From a bacterium (GTDB taxonomy: Bacteria > Patescibacteriota > Minisyncoccia > UBA6257 > WO2-44-18), in the NCBI GenBank assembly GCA_030689595.1, contig JAUYHP010000008.1, forward strand, positions 32,589 to 96,588: 64,000 nucleotides of DNA, in the 5' to 3' direction. Below the pieces are notes generated by a model. It was not told the DNA's origin. It did no database searches and saw nothing but the letters and a program-made list of their open reading frames with translations. This document shows positions 1 to 9,119 of the stretch, piece after piece (the stretch's first letter is position 1; every line of letters starts with the position of its first letter). The position numbers and the translations under genes are program-made.

Positions 1-1323
1 GAAGGTCTGCACGTTCCCACTGATATAGAGGATCCAAATCAACCAGAAAATCTTATCTGCAATGTTAGAAAATATACCAGCGGGACTTTGGCTCGCTCAC
101 CAGCTACGACCTATTTTTTAGAAAACTTCGAATATTACGAAAAGCGCGCCAATGTATATGGGTATAACGACGACTCTGTTCGATGGGCGCTCTTGTGCCG
201 TGGTGTTTTAGAATTTTTGCGTCGATCTAAGTGGGTGCCTGATGTGATTGTTTCTGCCGATTGGCAAATTGGCATACTTCCAAATTACTTAAAGACGATT
301 TATAAAGAGGACCAAGTCTTAAGTAAAATTGCTACGGTATTTTCCATACACAATCTTTTTTATCAAGGCCTATTTGATCATCACTTTGTGAACGAAATGG
401 ATGATGACGATGGCAAGTCATCGGTGCCATCATTTTTCGACCCGCGTCTCTTAAAAATTAATGGCATGCGCCGCGGTATAATGTATGCGGATATAATTAA
501 TACTGTTTCGCCAACTTACGCCCGTGAAATTATGACCAAGGAATACGGCGAACTACTTGATGGTCTTTTGCGCGAGCGGAGATCCCGTGTTTACGGAGTT
601 ATTAATGGCATTGACTACGAGGTGTTTAACCCGGAAACCAACCCCCATCTTGCCAAGAGTTTCGATGCCAATTCTTTAAAAAAACGCTCAGCCAACAAGC
701 TGGAGTTGCAAGCTCGTTTTGGTTTGCCGAAAGATGAAAAGGCTTTCGTTGTTAGTATTGTGGCGCGGCTAACTGAACAAAAAGGGCTCGATCTTTTGTT
801 GCCAGTAGCGGAGGCACTGCTTAAAGAAACTCCCATGCAATTGGTTGTTTTGGGGTCCGGTGAAGCAAAGTATATGAGCTTTTTTCAGGATTTGGAGAAG
901 AAACATCCAAAAAGAGTGGCTGCCCATCTTTCTTTCGACTTTGACCTGCCGCATTTGGTTTATGCTGGAGCAGACGTCGTCTTAATACCTTCAAGGTTTG
1001 AGCCATCTGGATTAAGCCAGATGGAGGCGATGCGGTATGGATGCATCCCCATCGCTAGAAAAACCGGTGGGCTAGCCGATACGGTAGAGGACTATGACCC
1101 ACAGAATAAAACAGGTTTGGGGTTTGTGTTTAATTCATTTGATTCTATATCATTGGTTGTCGCTATGATGCGAGCCTATGAGATTTATCGTAATCCGGAG
1201 GTCTGGCAAAAGATTCAGCAACGAGCAATGAATAGAGATTTTTCTTGGAAGCAATCTGCTGCTGATTACGGAAAATTATTTGAAACTGCGAAAGCGATTC
1301 ATGGGCGTGAGGTAAAAGAATGA
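1..1323 (+). CDS. glgA: Glycogen/starch synthase (GT5), 5'-truncated by the window edge
   Basis: The frame is open from position 1, and the first M at 88 is internal. The C-terminal KTGGLADTV and SRFEPSGLSQMEAMRYG motifs are typical of GlgA. A full-length paralog lies 1.4 kb downstream. Confidence 0.7.
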   Translation, partial: EGLHVPTDIEDPNQPENLICNVRKYTSGTLARSPATTYFLENFEYYEKRANVYGYNDDSVRWALLCRGVLEFLRRSKWVPDVIVSADWQIGILPNYLKTIYKEDQVLSKIATVFSIHNLFYQGLFDHHFVNEMDDDDGKSSVPSFFDPRLLKINGMRRGIMYADIINTVSPTYAREIMTKEYGELLDGLLRERRSRVYGVINGIDYEVFNPETNPHLAKSFDANSLKKRSANKLELQARFGLPKDEKAFVVSIVARLTEQKGLDLLLPVAEALLKETPMQLVVLGSGEAKYMSFFQDLEKKHPKRVAAHLSFDFDLPHLVYAGADVVLIPSRFEPSGLSQMEAMRYGCIPIARKTGGLADTVEDYDPQNKTGLGFVFNSFDSISLVVAMMRAYEIYRNPEVWQKIQQRAMNRDFSWKQSAADYGKLFETAKAIHGREVKE

Positions 1324-1324
1324 C

Positions 1325-2728
1325 ATGTATTGGGCGAACTTTTTACATATTTACCAGCCGCCGACACAGAAGCCATTTTGGATACATAAAATTGCTAACG
1401 AGTCATATCGACCGATATTTAAACAACTAAAAGAATTTCCTAATGCCAAGTTGACGCTGAACGTTAACGGGATTCTTTTAGAACATTTTGATAAATATGG
1501 CGAAGACGATATTTTACTATCGATAAAAGAATTGCTGGCCAATGGTCAATTAGAGCTAACCGGTAGCGCCAAGTATCATCCCTTGCTCCCATTTTTGCCG
1601 GAGAAAGAAATAGTTAGACAGGTTAAGCTTAATGAAGAAACACATAGAAAATATTTCGGCGACCTATATAAGCCTAAGGGCTTTTTTCCTCCAGAAATGG
1701 GGTTTTCAAAAGATGTGGCTAAAATTATCAAGAAACTCGGCTATGAGTGGGTTATTGTCGATGAATTGTCTTTCCCTAAGGAAAAATGGCCAGTCGATTA
1801 TTCAAAAATATACACCGTAGAAGGCCTGGGAGACTTCAAAATATTTTTTAGAGAAAGGCGTATGAGTTGGATTATTCTATCTGGCCAAGTGGGCACGGGC
1901 AATTTGTTAGTACAAGGATTGGGCGATCGGTTAAACCGGCAAGAATATCTTTTAACGGCTATGGATGGCGAAACATTTGGCCACCACCGGCCTGGCTTGG
2001 ACCATCTTTTATTCGAGATATACAAGAGCCAAGATTTGCAGACAATTTTAATTTCTGATTTGCTCAACAATTTTTCCGATACTGAGGCAGTTGACCCAAC
2101 TCCATCTACTTGGGCTTTGATGGCTAAGGACTTGGAAGAAAATAAGCCATTTTCTCGGTGGAAAGATGAAAATAATGCGATACATAAGATGCAGTGGGAG
2201 CTGACAGATTTAGCCGTCGATGTAATAGAGAAAACTCCAGAAAATAGTCCAGGCTATGAAGCGGCGCGCATTAAGCTAGACGGCGCATTACACTCCGATC
2301 AATATTGGTGGGCATCCGCCAAGCCTTGGTGGAGCATAGAAATGATCGAGAGAGGAGCCAAAGAGCTCCAGGACTCTATTTTGACTGCGCCGAATGCTAC
2401 CAGCGAAGCTAAGGAAAAAGCTGAAAAACTATATCAAAAAATTATTTTTACTGCCTTTGATTGGCAGCGCGAGGGGGTGGTTGATGCTCTATCTCACTCC
2501 GAAGACGAAGAGATTAGGCAGCGTACTGATACTGGCGTACCACAATTGCCCAAGAAGGAAGTAAATAAGATGATTGTTAATCTGCAAAAAGAAATGACTT
2601 TGCTAGTAGAGCGTCAGGAATTTGAGCGGGCTGCGCAACTTAGGAATCGTATAGCAGAGCTTAAGCAATATAGTGAGCGAGTCGATGCCCCACAATTTTC
2701 GACGGAAGGAGAGCAAGAATGGCAATGA
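1325..2728 (+). CDS. GH57-family glycoside hydrolase (glycogen branching enzyme or amylase-like) with a C-terminal UVR domain
   Basis: All five GH57 signature regions are present: HIYQP, GQLELTGS, FFPPEMGFS (nucleophile Glu), AMDGETFGHH (acid/base Asp), and a downstream W-rich region. The C-terminal QEFERAAQLRNRIAELKQ matches a UvrB/UvrC-type UVR motif. Confidence 0.7.
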   Translation: MYWANFLHIYQPPTQKPFWIHKIANESYRPIFKQLKEFPNAKLTLNVNGILLEHFDKYGEDDILLSIKELLANGQLELTGSAKYHPLLPFLPEKEIVRQVKLNEETHRKYFGDLYKPKGFFPPEMGFSKDVAKIIKKLGYEWVIVDELSFPKEKWPVDYSKIYTVEGLGDFKIFFRERRMSWIILSGQVGTGNLLVQGLGDRLNRQEYLLTAMDGETFGHHRPGLDHLLFEIYKSQDLQTILISDLLNNFSDTEAVDPTPSTWALMAKDLEENKPFSRWKDENNAIHKMQWELTDLAVDVIEKTPENSPGYEAARIKLDGALHSDQYWWASAKPWWSIEMIERGAKELQDSILTAPNATSEAKEKAEKLYQKIIFTAFDWQREGVVDALSHSEDEEIRQRTDTGVPQLPKKEVNKMIVNLQKEMTLLVERQEFERAAQLRNRIAELKQYSERVDAPQFSTEGEQEWQ

Positions 2729-4068
2729 AGATATTATTTGTCGCTTCGGAATTAACACCGTTAGCCAAGGTTGGGGGGTTGGGCGATGTAATCGGGAGCT
2801 TGCCCAAGGCGCTTAATAAAACTGGCCTCAAATTAGCCGTCATCATGCCAAAGTACGCGGCTATTGATAATAAAAAATGGCGGCTTAAAAAGATTCTCGA
2901 ATTTGTAGAAAGTGGCGAAAAGCTCACGGTTTATAAAACAACCATTCCTAAAAGTTTGGTGCCAGTTTATCTAGTTGAAAATAAAAAATATATAAGTCGC
3001 GGACCAATATATTTCCAAAAAACAGCTTTTGCCGGATCGAAAAGAGAGATAGACCGATTTGTATTTTTTTCAAAGGCTGTTTATAAAATGTTAAAAGAGC
3101 GCTTTATCGATGCCGATATCGTCCATTGTCACGATTGGCACACCGGGGCACTAGTTAGATCATTGAGATTTTCTGACGTGGGGCCACAAACTATATTTAC
3201 AATTCATAATTTGGCCAACCAGGGCAAATCAGGCAGATTTAATGGAATGAGGGAGGGTATAAATAATGCCGATATGGTAACTACGGTAAGCCCAACTTAT
3301 GCCAAAGAAATTACAACCAAAAAATATAGCGTTGGGTTGGAGCAGATTTTGAGGAAAAGAGCGCGACAGGGCAAGCTCGTTGGCATTATTAACGGCATAG
3401 ACATAGGATTTTTTGACCCACAAAAGGATAATATGATAGATCACAAATATTCTTCTTCAACACTTGCTAGAAAAAACAAAAATAAAATCACTCTACAAAA
3501 GATCAGCAAATTAAAAGTAGACCATAAGGCCCCGATTTTTGGGTTGGTATCCCGCCTAACAGCACAAAAGGGCATCATGCTAATCCCGCCGATTGTTAGC
3601 GAGCACGTCGAAAAGCATAATGCTCAGTTTGTGTTTTTAGGAACCGGTTCGAAATCCCATGAGGAAAAATTACTAGAGTTGGCCAAAAGATATCCTCAAA
3701 ATGTATCGACGAATATTCTGTTTGATGAGGTCATGGCACATAAAATTTATGCTGGCTGCGATTTTTTTCTTATGCCTTCACGTTTTGAGCCAAGCGGCTT
3801 AGGCCAGATGATTTCAATGCGTTATGGTACTCCGCCAATAGTTCGAGTTACTGGTGGCTTGAAAGATACTGTCAGACATTTGGAGACGGGCTTTATGTTC
3901 CAAAAGGAATCAGCAGCAGCGCTAAAAAAAGCGACCGAAGCTGCGATTGCTATTTTAAGAGACGAGAAACTGTATCGGCAGATGCAGCGGCGTTGCATGA
4001 AGGAAGATTTTAGTTGGGACAAATCAGCAGCTAAATATAAAGAGATTTATCAAAAGATGTTAAAATGA
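2719..4068 (+). CDS. glgA: Glycogen synthase
   Basis: Canonical N-terminus MKILFVASELTPLAKVGGLGDV, with C-terminal FLMPSRFEPSGLGQM and VTGGLKDTV. The start overlaps the previous gene by 10 nt. Confidence 0.8.
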   Translation: MAMKILFVASELTPLAKVGGLGDVIGSLPKALNKTGLKLAVIMPKYAAIDNKKWRLKKILEFVESGEKLTVYKTTIPKSLVPVYLVENKKYISRGPIYFQKTAFAGSKREIDRFVFFSKAVYKMLKERFIDADIVHCHDWHTGALVRSLRFSDVGPQTIFTIHNLANQGKSGRFNGMREGINNADMVTTVSPTYAKEITTKKYSVGLEQILRKRARQGKLVGIINGIDIGFFDPQKDNMIDHKYSSSTLARKNKNKITLQKISKLKVDHKAPIFGLVSRLTAQKGIMLIPPIVSEHVEKHNAQFVFLGTGSKSHEEKLLELAKRYPQNVSTNILFDEVMAHKIYAGCDFFLMPSRFEPSGLGQMISMRYGTPPIVRVTGGLKDTVRHLETGFMFQKESAAALKKATEAAIAILRDEKLYRQMQRRCMKEDFSWDKSAAKYKEIYQKMLK

Positions 4069-4074
4069 TTAATA

Positions 4075-5112
4075 ATGAAGCTTAAAGATCAAAAATCCGA
4101 ATTGCGCAAAGACATAGTTTCTGGCGAATGGGTTCTTGTGGCCGCTGGTAGAGCCAAGAGGCCTCAGGTCAAAAAAGGTGTCGTAGTAAAGGAATCTAAA
4201 AAGGGGTGCCCTTTTGAAAACCCGCAAGCTAAAGGCCAAAATGGGGATCCTTTATTTTGGTTGCCACGACCAAGTGGAGCGAAGACACAAGCCAAAAAAA
4301 CTCTTAAAGATTGGTTTGTGCAAGCTATCCCCAATAAATACCCGGCCGTATTTAATCACCCCACCGAGAGTTGCCCAGAGATATCACCCCAGCACATGGC
4401 GTCGTCAATTGATGGCTATGGGTCTCATGAGGTTGTGATTACCCGAGATCACGATCGCAGTATTGGCAAAATGAATACAGCTGAAGCCCAGTTAGTTATC
4501 GAAACTTATGTGGCCAGATATAGAGCAATCAGCCAAGATACCTGTACTCGTTATGTACATATTTTTCATAATCATAAACGTGAAGCGGGGGCGTCCATTA
4601 TGCATCCACATTCACAAATTATTTCATTTCCCATAGTGCCGCCCGATATCAACCACAGCATAGAGGGATCGAGGCAGTATTTCAAAAAACATAAATCTTG
4701 CGTGCATTGCGCCATGATGGCCTGGGAGAGATCACAAAAAAAACGAATTGTGGCTGAAAACAGAGATTTTATTGCTGTAGCGCCCTATGCGTCTCGTGTT
4801 TCTTTTGAAGTGCGCATATATCCCAGAAAACACGGAGCTCATTTTGAGCGCATATCTAATGCGCAGAAATTTTCTTTGGCAGAGATGATGTCTTGGGTTT
4901 TTGGGTCGCTCCTTAAAGAGCTAAATGATCCAGCCTATAACTTTTTTATTCACACCACACCGGTAGCTGATGGGGCTTCCGATCACTATCATTGGCACAT
5001 TGAGATTTTGCCGGCGATTGGTCACTTAGCTGGGCTGGAATTAGGTACTGGGATTGATGTTGCCACCTTCCCGCCAGAAGAAGTAGCCTCACTGCTTAAG
5101 AAGAGAATATAA
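4075..5112 (+). CDS. GalT-family (HIT superfamily) hexose-1-phosphate nucleotidyltransferase
   Basis: A CPF..Q zinc knuckle near the N-terminus, the HPHSQI (HxHxQ) active-site motif and a second HYHWHIE half-site. Its position beside glgA suggests a sugar-nucleotide salvage or phosphorylase role. Confidence 0.6.
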   Translation: MKLKDQKSELRKDIVSGEWVLVAAGRAKRPQVKKGVVVKESKKGCPFENPQAKGQNGDPLFWLPRPSGAKTQAKKTLKDWFVQAIPNKYPAVFNHPTESCPEISPQHMASSIDGYGSHEVVITRDHDRSIGKMNTAEAQLVIETYVARYRAISQDTCTRYVHIFHNHKREAGASIMHPHSQIISFPIVPPDINHSIEGSRQYFKKHKSCVHCAMMAWERSQKKRIVAENRDFIAVAPYASRVSFEVRIYPRKHGAHFERISNAQKFSLAEMMSWVFGSLLKELNDPAYNFFIHTTPVADGASDHYHWHIEILPAIGHLAGLELGTGIDVATFPPEEVASLLKKRI

Positions 5113-5131
5113 GACTTATTGTTGAATAATA

Positions 5132-5743
5132 ATGACCAGAAACATAAATTTACCAAAGATGCTTTTAACAGTATTTGTTATTGCATTTGTGATTTTGGCC
5201 ATAAGCCCAGCTGATTACGGCGTGTGGTGGCTAGAGAATTTACCAGTTATATTAGTTTTGCCGATACTTATTTGGGGCTATTACAAACATCGATTGTCGA
5301 ATCTGGCCTATCTTTCAATCTTTGTTTACGCCACGTTATGCATATTCGCCGCGCACTATACTTTCAGTGAAGCTCCGCTAGGTGAATGGCTAAGTCAATT
5401 ATTTGGTTGGGAGCGCAACCACTATGATCGACTCGTTCATTTATCATACGGACTCTTGATGACGCCGGTGATTTGGGAAATTTTTAGAAACTATTTACCG
5501 AAAAAAAATTGGGCGAAAGCAATTTTTGTTTTTAGCATAGTAGTAGCTTTGGGGTCGCTATATGAATTAGCTGAATTGGCCGCGGCTGTTATTTTTAATC
5601 CCGAGCTCGGCTTAGATTTCGTGGGTGCACAAGGAGACGTTTGGGACGCGCAAAAAGATATGGCGTTGCAGACAGCTGGATCTATTATGAGCCTGATGTT
5701 GCTTGGAGTATTTAAGGCGAGGCGACTTGTAAAAGCGAGTTAG
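5132..5743 (+). CDS. Integral membrane protein (DUF2238/YjdF-like)
   Basis: Multiple hydrophobic helices. The HYTFSE...ERNHYDRLVHL pattern resembles the YjdF family. Confidence 0.4.
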   Translation: MTRNINLPKMLLTVFVIAFVILAISPADYGVWWLENLPVILVLPILIWGYYKHRLSNLAYLSIFVYATLCIFAAHYTFSEAPLGEWLSQLFGWERNHYDRLVHLSYGLLMTPVIWEIFRNYLPKKNWAKAIFVFSIVVALGSLYELAELAAAVIFNPELGLDFVGAQGDVWDAQKDMALQTAGSIMSLMLLGVFKARRLVKAS

Positions 5744-5784
5744 GGGCGCTGGCGCGCGTTTATTTATCATGCTAGTCTCACAAT

Positions 5785-6024
5785 ATGGAGAAGATGCCAT
5801 TGGAAAATTCGTCGGAAAAAATAGAAAAACAGATCGAGGCACTATTAGAAGCCTTAAGTGGTTTTGGACAAGAGACGCACGATGAGTTAACTCCAGAAAT
5901 GCAAGAAGATTGGTATTTCATTGAAGCCGAAGCTAGATCTGGCCAAGACAGGGCCCAGGCTGAAGGCAGGTTGCGGGAATTTGTTGAATACTTGCAGGAG
6001 CATTTTCCAGCACAAACAGATTAA
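5785..6024 (+). CDS. Small acidic hypothetical protein
   Basis: 79-aa ORF with plausible spacing, rich in Glu and Asp. Confidence 0.3.
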   Translation: MEKMPLENSSEKIEKQIEALLEALSGFGQETHDELTPEMQEDWYFIEAEARSGQDRAQAEGRLREFVEYLQEHFPAQTD

Positions 6025-6036
6025 AACTACCAGCAG

Positions 6037-6558
6037 CTAAACTTGATCCTCTGGCGGCGAATTGTTGGTGCCGCCACTTTTATTTCTATAAAATAGCTTG
6101 GTGGAATATTCGTCTAAGATCCCAGGATTAAATAGTGAGCGGTGCTGGTAAAGATAGGCGAGGATAGCGGCAGGGATTATGGCTAAAAGGGTATTAGCTA
6201 GCAAGGCTATAAAGATAACAAAGCCATAAAGCCAAAGGGACCACCTTTGTTTTTTAACTATGCCATAGGCTATGGCTATGGAGGATAGTCCTATGAGAAT
6301 TCTTAAGACATAGAAAGACAGGGATACAGGTATGGGGTTTATTATGTCGGCGAAGGTGCTACCGATAATACTTAAGCCGCCTATCAACATGAAGGCAGCG
6401 ATTAACTGTATAGCTAGCGGCAAGTCGTGACCAGGCAAATTAAAGCGCAATTCTTTGACCACCTTTTCAGCCTCTTGGGTAACTTTAGTTTCGGTTTCGT
6501 TTGGTTCTATTTTAGGATCCATGATTATATTATATAATAATAGATGATCTATGAACAA
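6037..6558 (-). CDS. Membrane protein, hypothetical
   Basis: Three to four predicted TM helices. The real start is possibly the internal M (MDPKIEP). Confidence 0.4.
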   Translation of the reverse strand: MFIDHLLLYNIIMDPKIEPNETETKVTQEAEKVVKELRFNLPGHDLPLAIQLIAAFMLIGGLSIIGSTFADIINPIPVSLSFYVLRILIGLSSIAIAYGIVKKQRWSLWLYGFVIFIALLANTLLAIIPAAILAYLYQHRSLFNPGILDEYSTKLFYRNKSGGTNNSPPEDQV

Positions 6559-6841
6559 TATCGATTTAATGAAAGAAAAGTTAACGAGTGGGGCTAAGGC
6601 TGTTAGGCGTGAGATTCGTAAAAAAGTATTGACCTACATTGTCGCGGGGTTGGGGTTTGTGGCCGGTCTTGCGTGGAATGACGCCATTAGGTCGCTGATA
6701 AGCTTCTTGCTCCCTGATTTAGGGGATACCGTCAGCGCCAAAATAATATATGCGCTAGCGCTAACTTTGGTAGTGGCAGTAATCTTAATTTATTTGGATA
6801 GGCTGTTACGTAGCGGTGATTCTTCGCAGGATAAAAAATGA
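6551..6841 (+). CDS. Small membrane protein
   Basis: Two TM helices. Its stop overlaps the start of the next gene (ATGA). Confidence 0.4.
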   Translation: MNNIDLMKEKLTSGAKAVRREIRKKVLTYIVAGLGFVAGLAWNDAIRSLISFLLPDLGDTVSAKIIYALALTLVVAVILIYLDRLLRSGDSSQDKK

Positions 6842-7245
6842 TGGTTATCAAAAAATCAGCGCGTATTTTCTTATTGGCATTTGTTGCCAATCTAATTTGG
6901 GAAAACCTACATTCTTTACTGTACGCTCATTATCGTGATGGCGAGATAACACAATTTATTTTATTGCGAGCAACTTTATTTGATGCCGTTTTTATAACTC
7001 TATTGGGGCTATTCTTCTTGGGCGTGCCCTATCTAAGAAAAAATTTATGGTGGTCAATAGTGATTGGCCTAGCTGCGGCCATGCTTATAGAAATTTATGC
7101 CCTGAGCACGGGACGATGGGCTTATAACGATTTAATGCCAATCATCCCGCTATTAGGTATCGGATTGACGCCAACTATACAATTGGGGCTGTTGTCATAT
7201 TTCAGCTATAAGTTGGTTATAAAAAACTCACCGATTTCTCGGTGA
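6838..7245 (+). CDS. Membrane protein
   Basis: Four TM helices. The stop codon sits inside the terminator hairpin. Confidence 0.4.
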   Translation: MMVIKKSARIFLLAFVANLIWENLHSLLYAHYRDGEITQFILLRATLFDAVFITLLGLFFLGVPYLRKNLWWSIVIGLAAAMLIEIYALSTGRWAYNDLMPIIPLLGIGLTPTIQLGLLSYFSYKLVIKNSPISR

Positions 7246-7258
7246 GTGGTTTTCTGTT
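7226..7258 (+). terminator. Rho-independent terminator
   Basis: CTCACCGA-TTTC-TCGGTGAG stem-loop followed by TGGTTTTCTGTT. Confidence 0.6.
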
Positions 7259-8073
7259 CAAGAGATCCTAGCCTGACACGAAGGAAAGCCCCAGTGGGGG
7301 AATCCACAGTCAAGAAAGTTCCCACGAAGCTGTGGCCTACCTTCGTCTAAACATAGCGCGAAGACAGCGCGCAAATTGTGATGACGTTCTCTTTCTCTCG
7401 GGCATGAGCCGATAGCATTGTCAGAGCTTCGTTTGCGTGGTTGCACTCTAAAGCATGAGCCGATAGCATTTATGCCACGATGTTGGAGTACGTCGCTGTG
7501 CGTGCCTAATGCGATAGTTTCAACCTCTGTTAGGCCACGACGACCGCTGCATTTTTTGATCATATCTATTACATCCTCTGGCCGCTCACCAAGCATCTCT
7601 CTACCGTCTTCAACGTCAAAAATATAATAAGGTCTTTGAGGCGTTCTGATTATATGAGCAACATTGTCGGGCGTGAAGCGATCCTTACTATTATTTCCCA
7701 TTTCAGTCCGTCCTTTCGTCTTTGGACAACGAACCATTGTAACTTGGCTATTGGCGTCGCAATATGTTCTGGGAATAACGGGGATGACAATATGAATCCC
7801 GCGCTCAGCCAGAGACAGCAAATTCAAATTATCGCCAGCATATTTTGTTTTCAAAATATTCAATGCCTTCTTAAGCGTTGCGCTCCTTTTGTCTTGAAGC
7901 GCATCTACGATTGATGTGTCGCGTCCGGTAAGCTTTAGAGCTGCGATTTGATCATCAAGTAATTGAGCCAACTCCGAACCAATGGACCGCCTAGACGGAA
8001 GCTCGAGCCTGGTCACGCTCCACCTCTTTGGTGATGTCTGGCCAAAACAAGGTCGCTTTCCGCAGCCACACAC
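7258..8073 (-). CDS. Hypothetical protein with atypically high GC; C-terminal part of doubtful authenticity
   Basis: 271-aa ORF at about 50% GC in a roughly 42% GC background, with no recognisable motifs. The last 60 codons run through two 18-bp direct repeats (GCATGAGCCGATAGCATT at 7402-7419 and 7453-7470) and end at the neighbouring gene's terminator. Confidence 0.35.
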   Translation of the reverse strand: MCGCGKRPCFGQTSPKRWSVTRLELPSRRSIGSELAQLLDDQIAALKLTGRDTSIVDALQDKRSATLKKALNILKTKYAGDNLNLLSLAERGIHIVIPVIPRTYCDANSQVTMVRCPKTKGRTEMGNNSKDRFTPDNVAHIIRTPQRPYYIFDVEDGREMLGERPEDVIDMIKKCSGRRGLTEVETIALGTHSDVLQHRGINAIGSCFRVQPRKRSSDNAIGSCPRERERHHNLRAVFALCLDEGRPQLRGNFLDCGFPHWGFPSCQARIS

Positions 8074-8210
8074 TGCGTAAAGCTTCCAGGGATTGAAATT
8101 AATTTACTAGCGCCACTATAGCATATCCACATTGATTGTCAATGTATTGGGGCACCAGGCGGGCCAGCTAATAAAGAAACGTTTGCAATCATAAAATAGT
8201 TTTAATATAT

Positions 8211-9110
8211 ATGCAAGCATTGATTACCGGTGGTACCGGATTTATAGGATCCAATTTGGCTCTAAAAATGCTGTCTGATGGCCATGACGTCACGATAACT
8301 GGTACAGATAATGAATATAAATTTACCGATGAGCGACTAAAGATTTTGCCGCCTGATTTTGCCAATATTAATTGGGCAAAATTAGGTAGCGTCGATGTCG
8401 TTTTCCACCAAGCTGCTATCAATGACACAACCATTATGGACCGTAACGAGATGTTTCGTGTTAATGTCGAGGCGTCCGAAAAGCTTTTTAATGATGCCAT
8501 TATTCATGGGTGCCGGAAAATAGTCTACGCCTCTTCTACTGCCATCTACGGAGATCTGCCGGCTCCCCATAAAGAAGAAGGGCCATTCAAGCCGCTTAAC
8601 CCTTATGCCGAATCAAAATTGGCCCTGGATGAATTTGCTACAGAATTTGCCAAACAACATCCTGATGTCGTCGTTGTTGGTTTAAGGTATTGCAATGTTT
8701 ACGGACCAGGCGAAACCAAGAAGGGTAAGCGAGCCACCATGATTTATCAACTAGCTCAACAGATGAAAACCGGAAATCCTAAATTGTTTAAATATGGCGA
8801 ACAAAAAAGAGACTACATTTATATCAAAGACTTGGTCCAAGCAAATATTCTAGCCGCCGGTGCCCAAGAAAGTTGTATTGTGAACTGTGGCTTCGGTGAG
8901 GCAGTCGAATTTAACGAACTGGTTAATATATTAAACGACAATTTGGGCGCCAGCCGCACGCCAGAATATATAGACAATCCTTATATTGATAAATATCAAG
9001 CACATACAGAGTGTGATATGTCGTTAGCTAAAGAAAAAATAGGCTTTATCCCAAAGTTTGATATCAAAAAGGGGATAGCAGATTATCGTAATAGCGGTTT
9101 TTTGGTGTAG
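8211..9110 (+). CDS. hldD: ADP-L-glycero-D-manno-heptose 6-epimerase
   Basis: N-terminal ITGGTGFIGSNL Rossmann motif. LRYCNVYGPGE...KLFKYGEQKRDYIYIKDLV closely matches the HldD signature (FRYFNVYGPRE...KLFEGSENFKRDFVYVGDV). Confidence 0.75.
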   Translation: MQALITGGTGFIGSNLALKMLSDGHDVTITGTDNEYKFTDERLKILPPDFANINWAKLGSVDVVFHQAAINDTTIMDRNEMFRVNVEASEKLFNDAIIHGCRKIVYASSTAIYGDLPAPHKEEGPFKPLNPYAESKLALDEFATEFAKQHPDVVVVGLRYCNVYGPGETKKGKRATMIYQLAQQMKTGNPKLFKYGEQKRDYIYIKDLVQANILAAGAQESCIVNCGFGEAVEFNELVNILNDNLGASRTPEYIDNPYIDKYQAHTECDMSLAKEKIGFIPKFDIKKGIADYRNSGFLV

Positions 9111-9119
9111 AATTTAAAT

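Noticed and set aside
615-2070. Numerous 60-120 aa ORFs antisense to or nested within the glgA and GH57 genes, and similar ones inside other long genes throughout the track
   Set aside because: They lie fully inside well-supported conserved CDSs on the opposite strand or frame, so they are statistical ORFs.
7270-7300. GAAGGAAAGCCCC...GGGGG stretch, reminiscent of the RNase P RNA CR-I motif (GAGGAAAGUCCGGGCUCC)
   Set aside because: Only a short partial match. No P4 pseudoknot partner or other conserved regions are visible, and the region is inside or adjacent to a long ORF.
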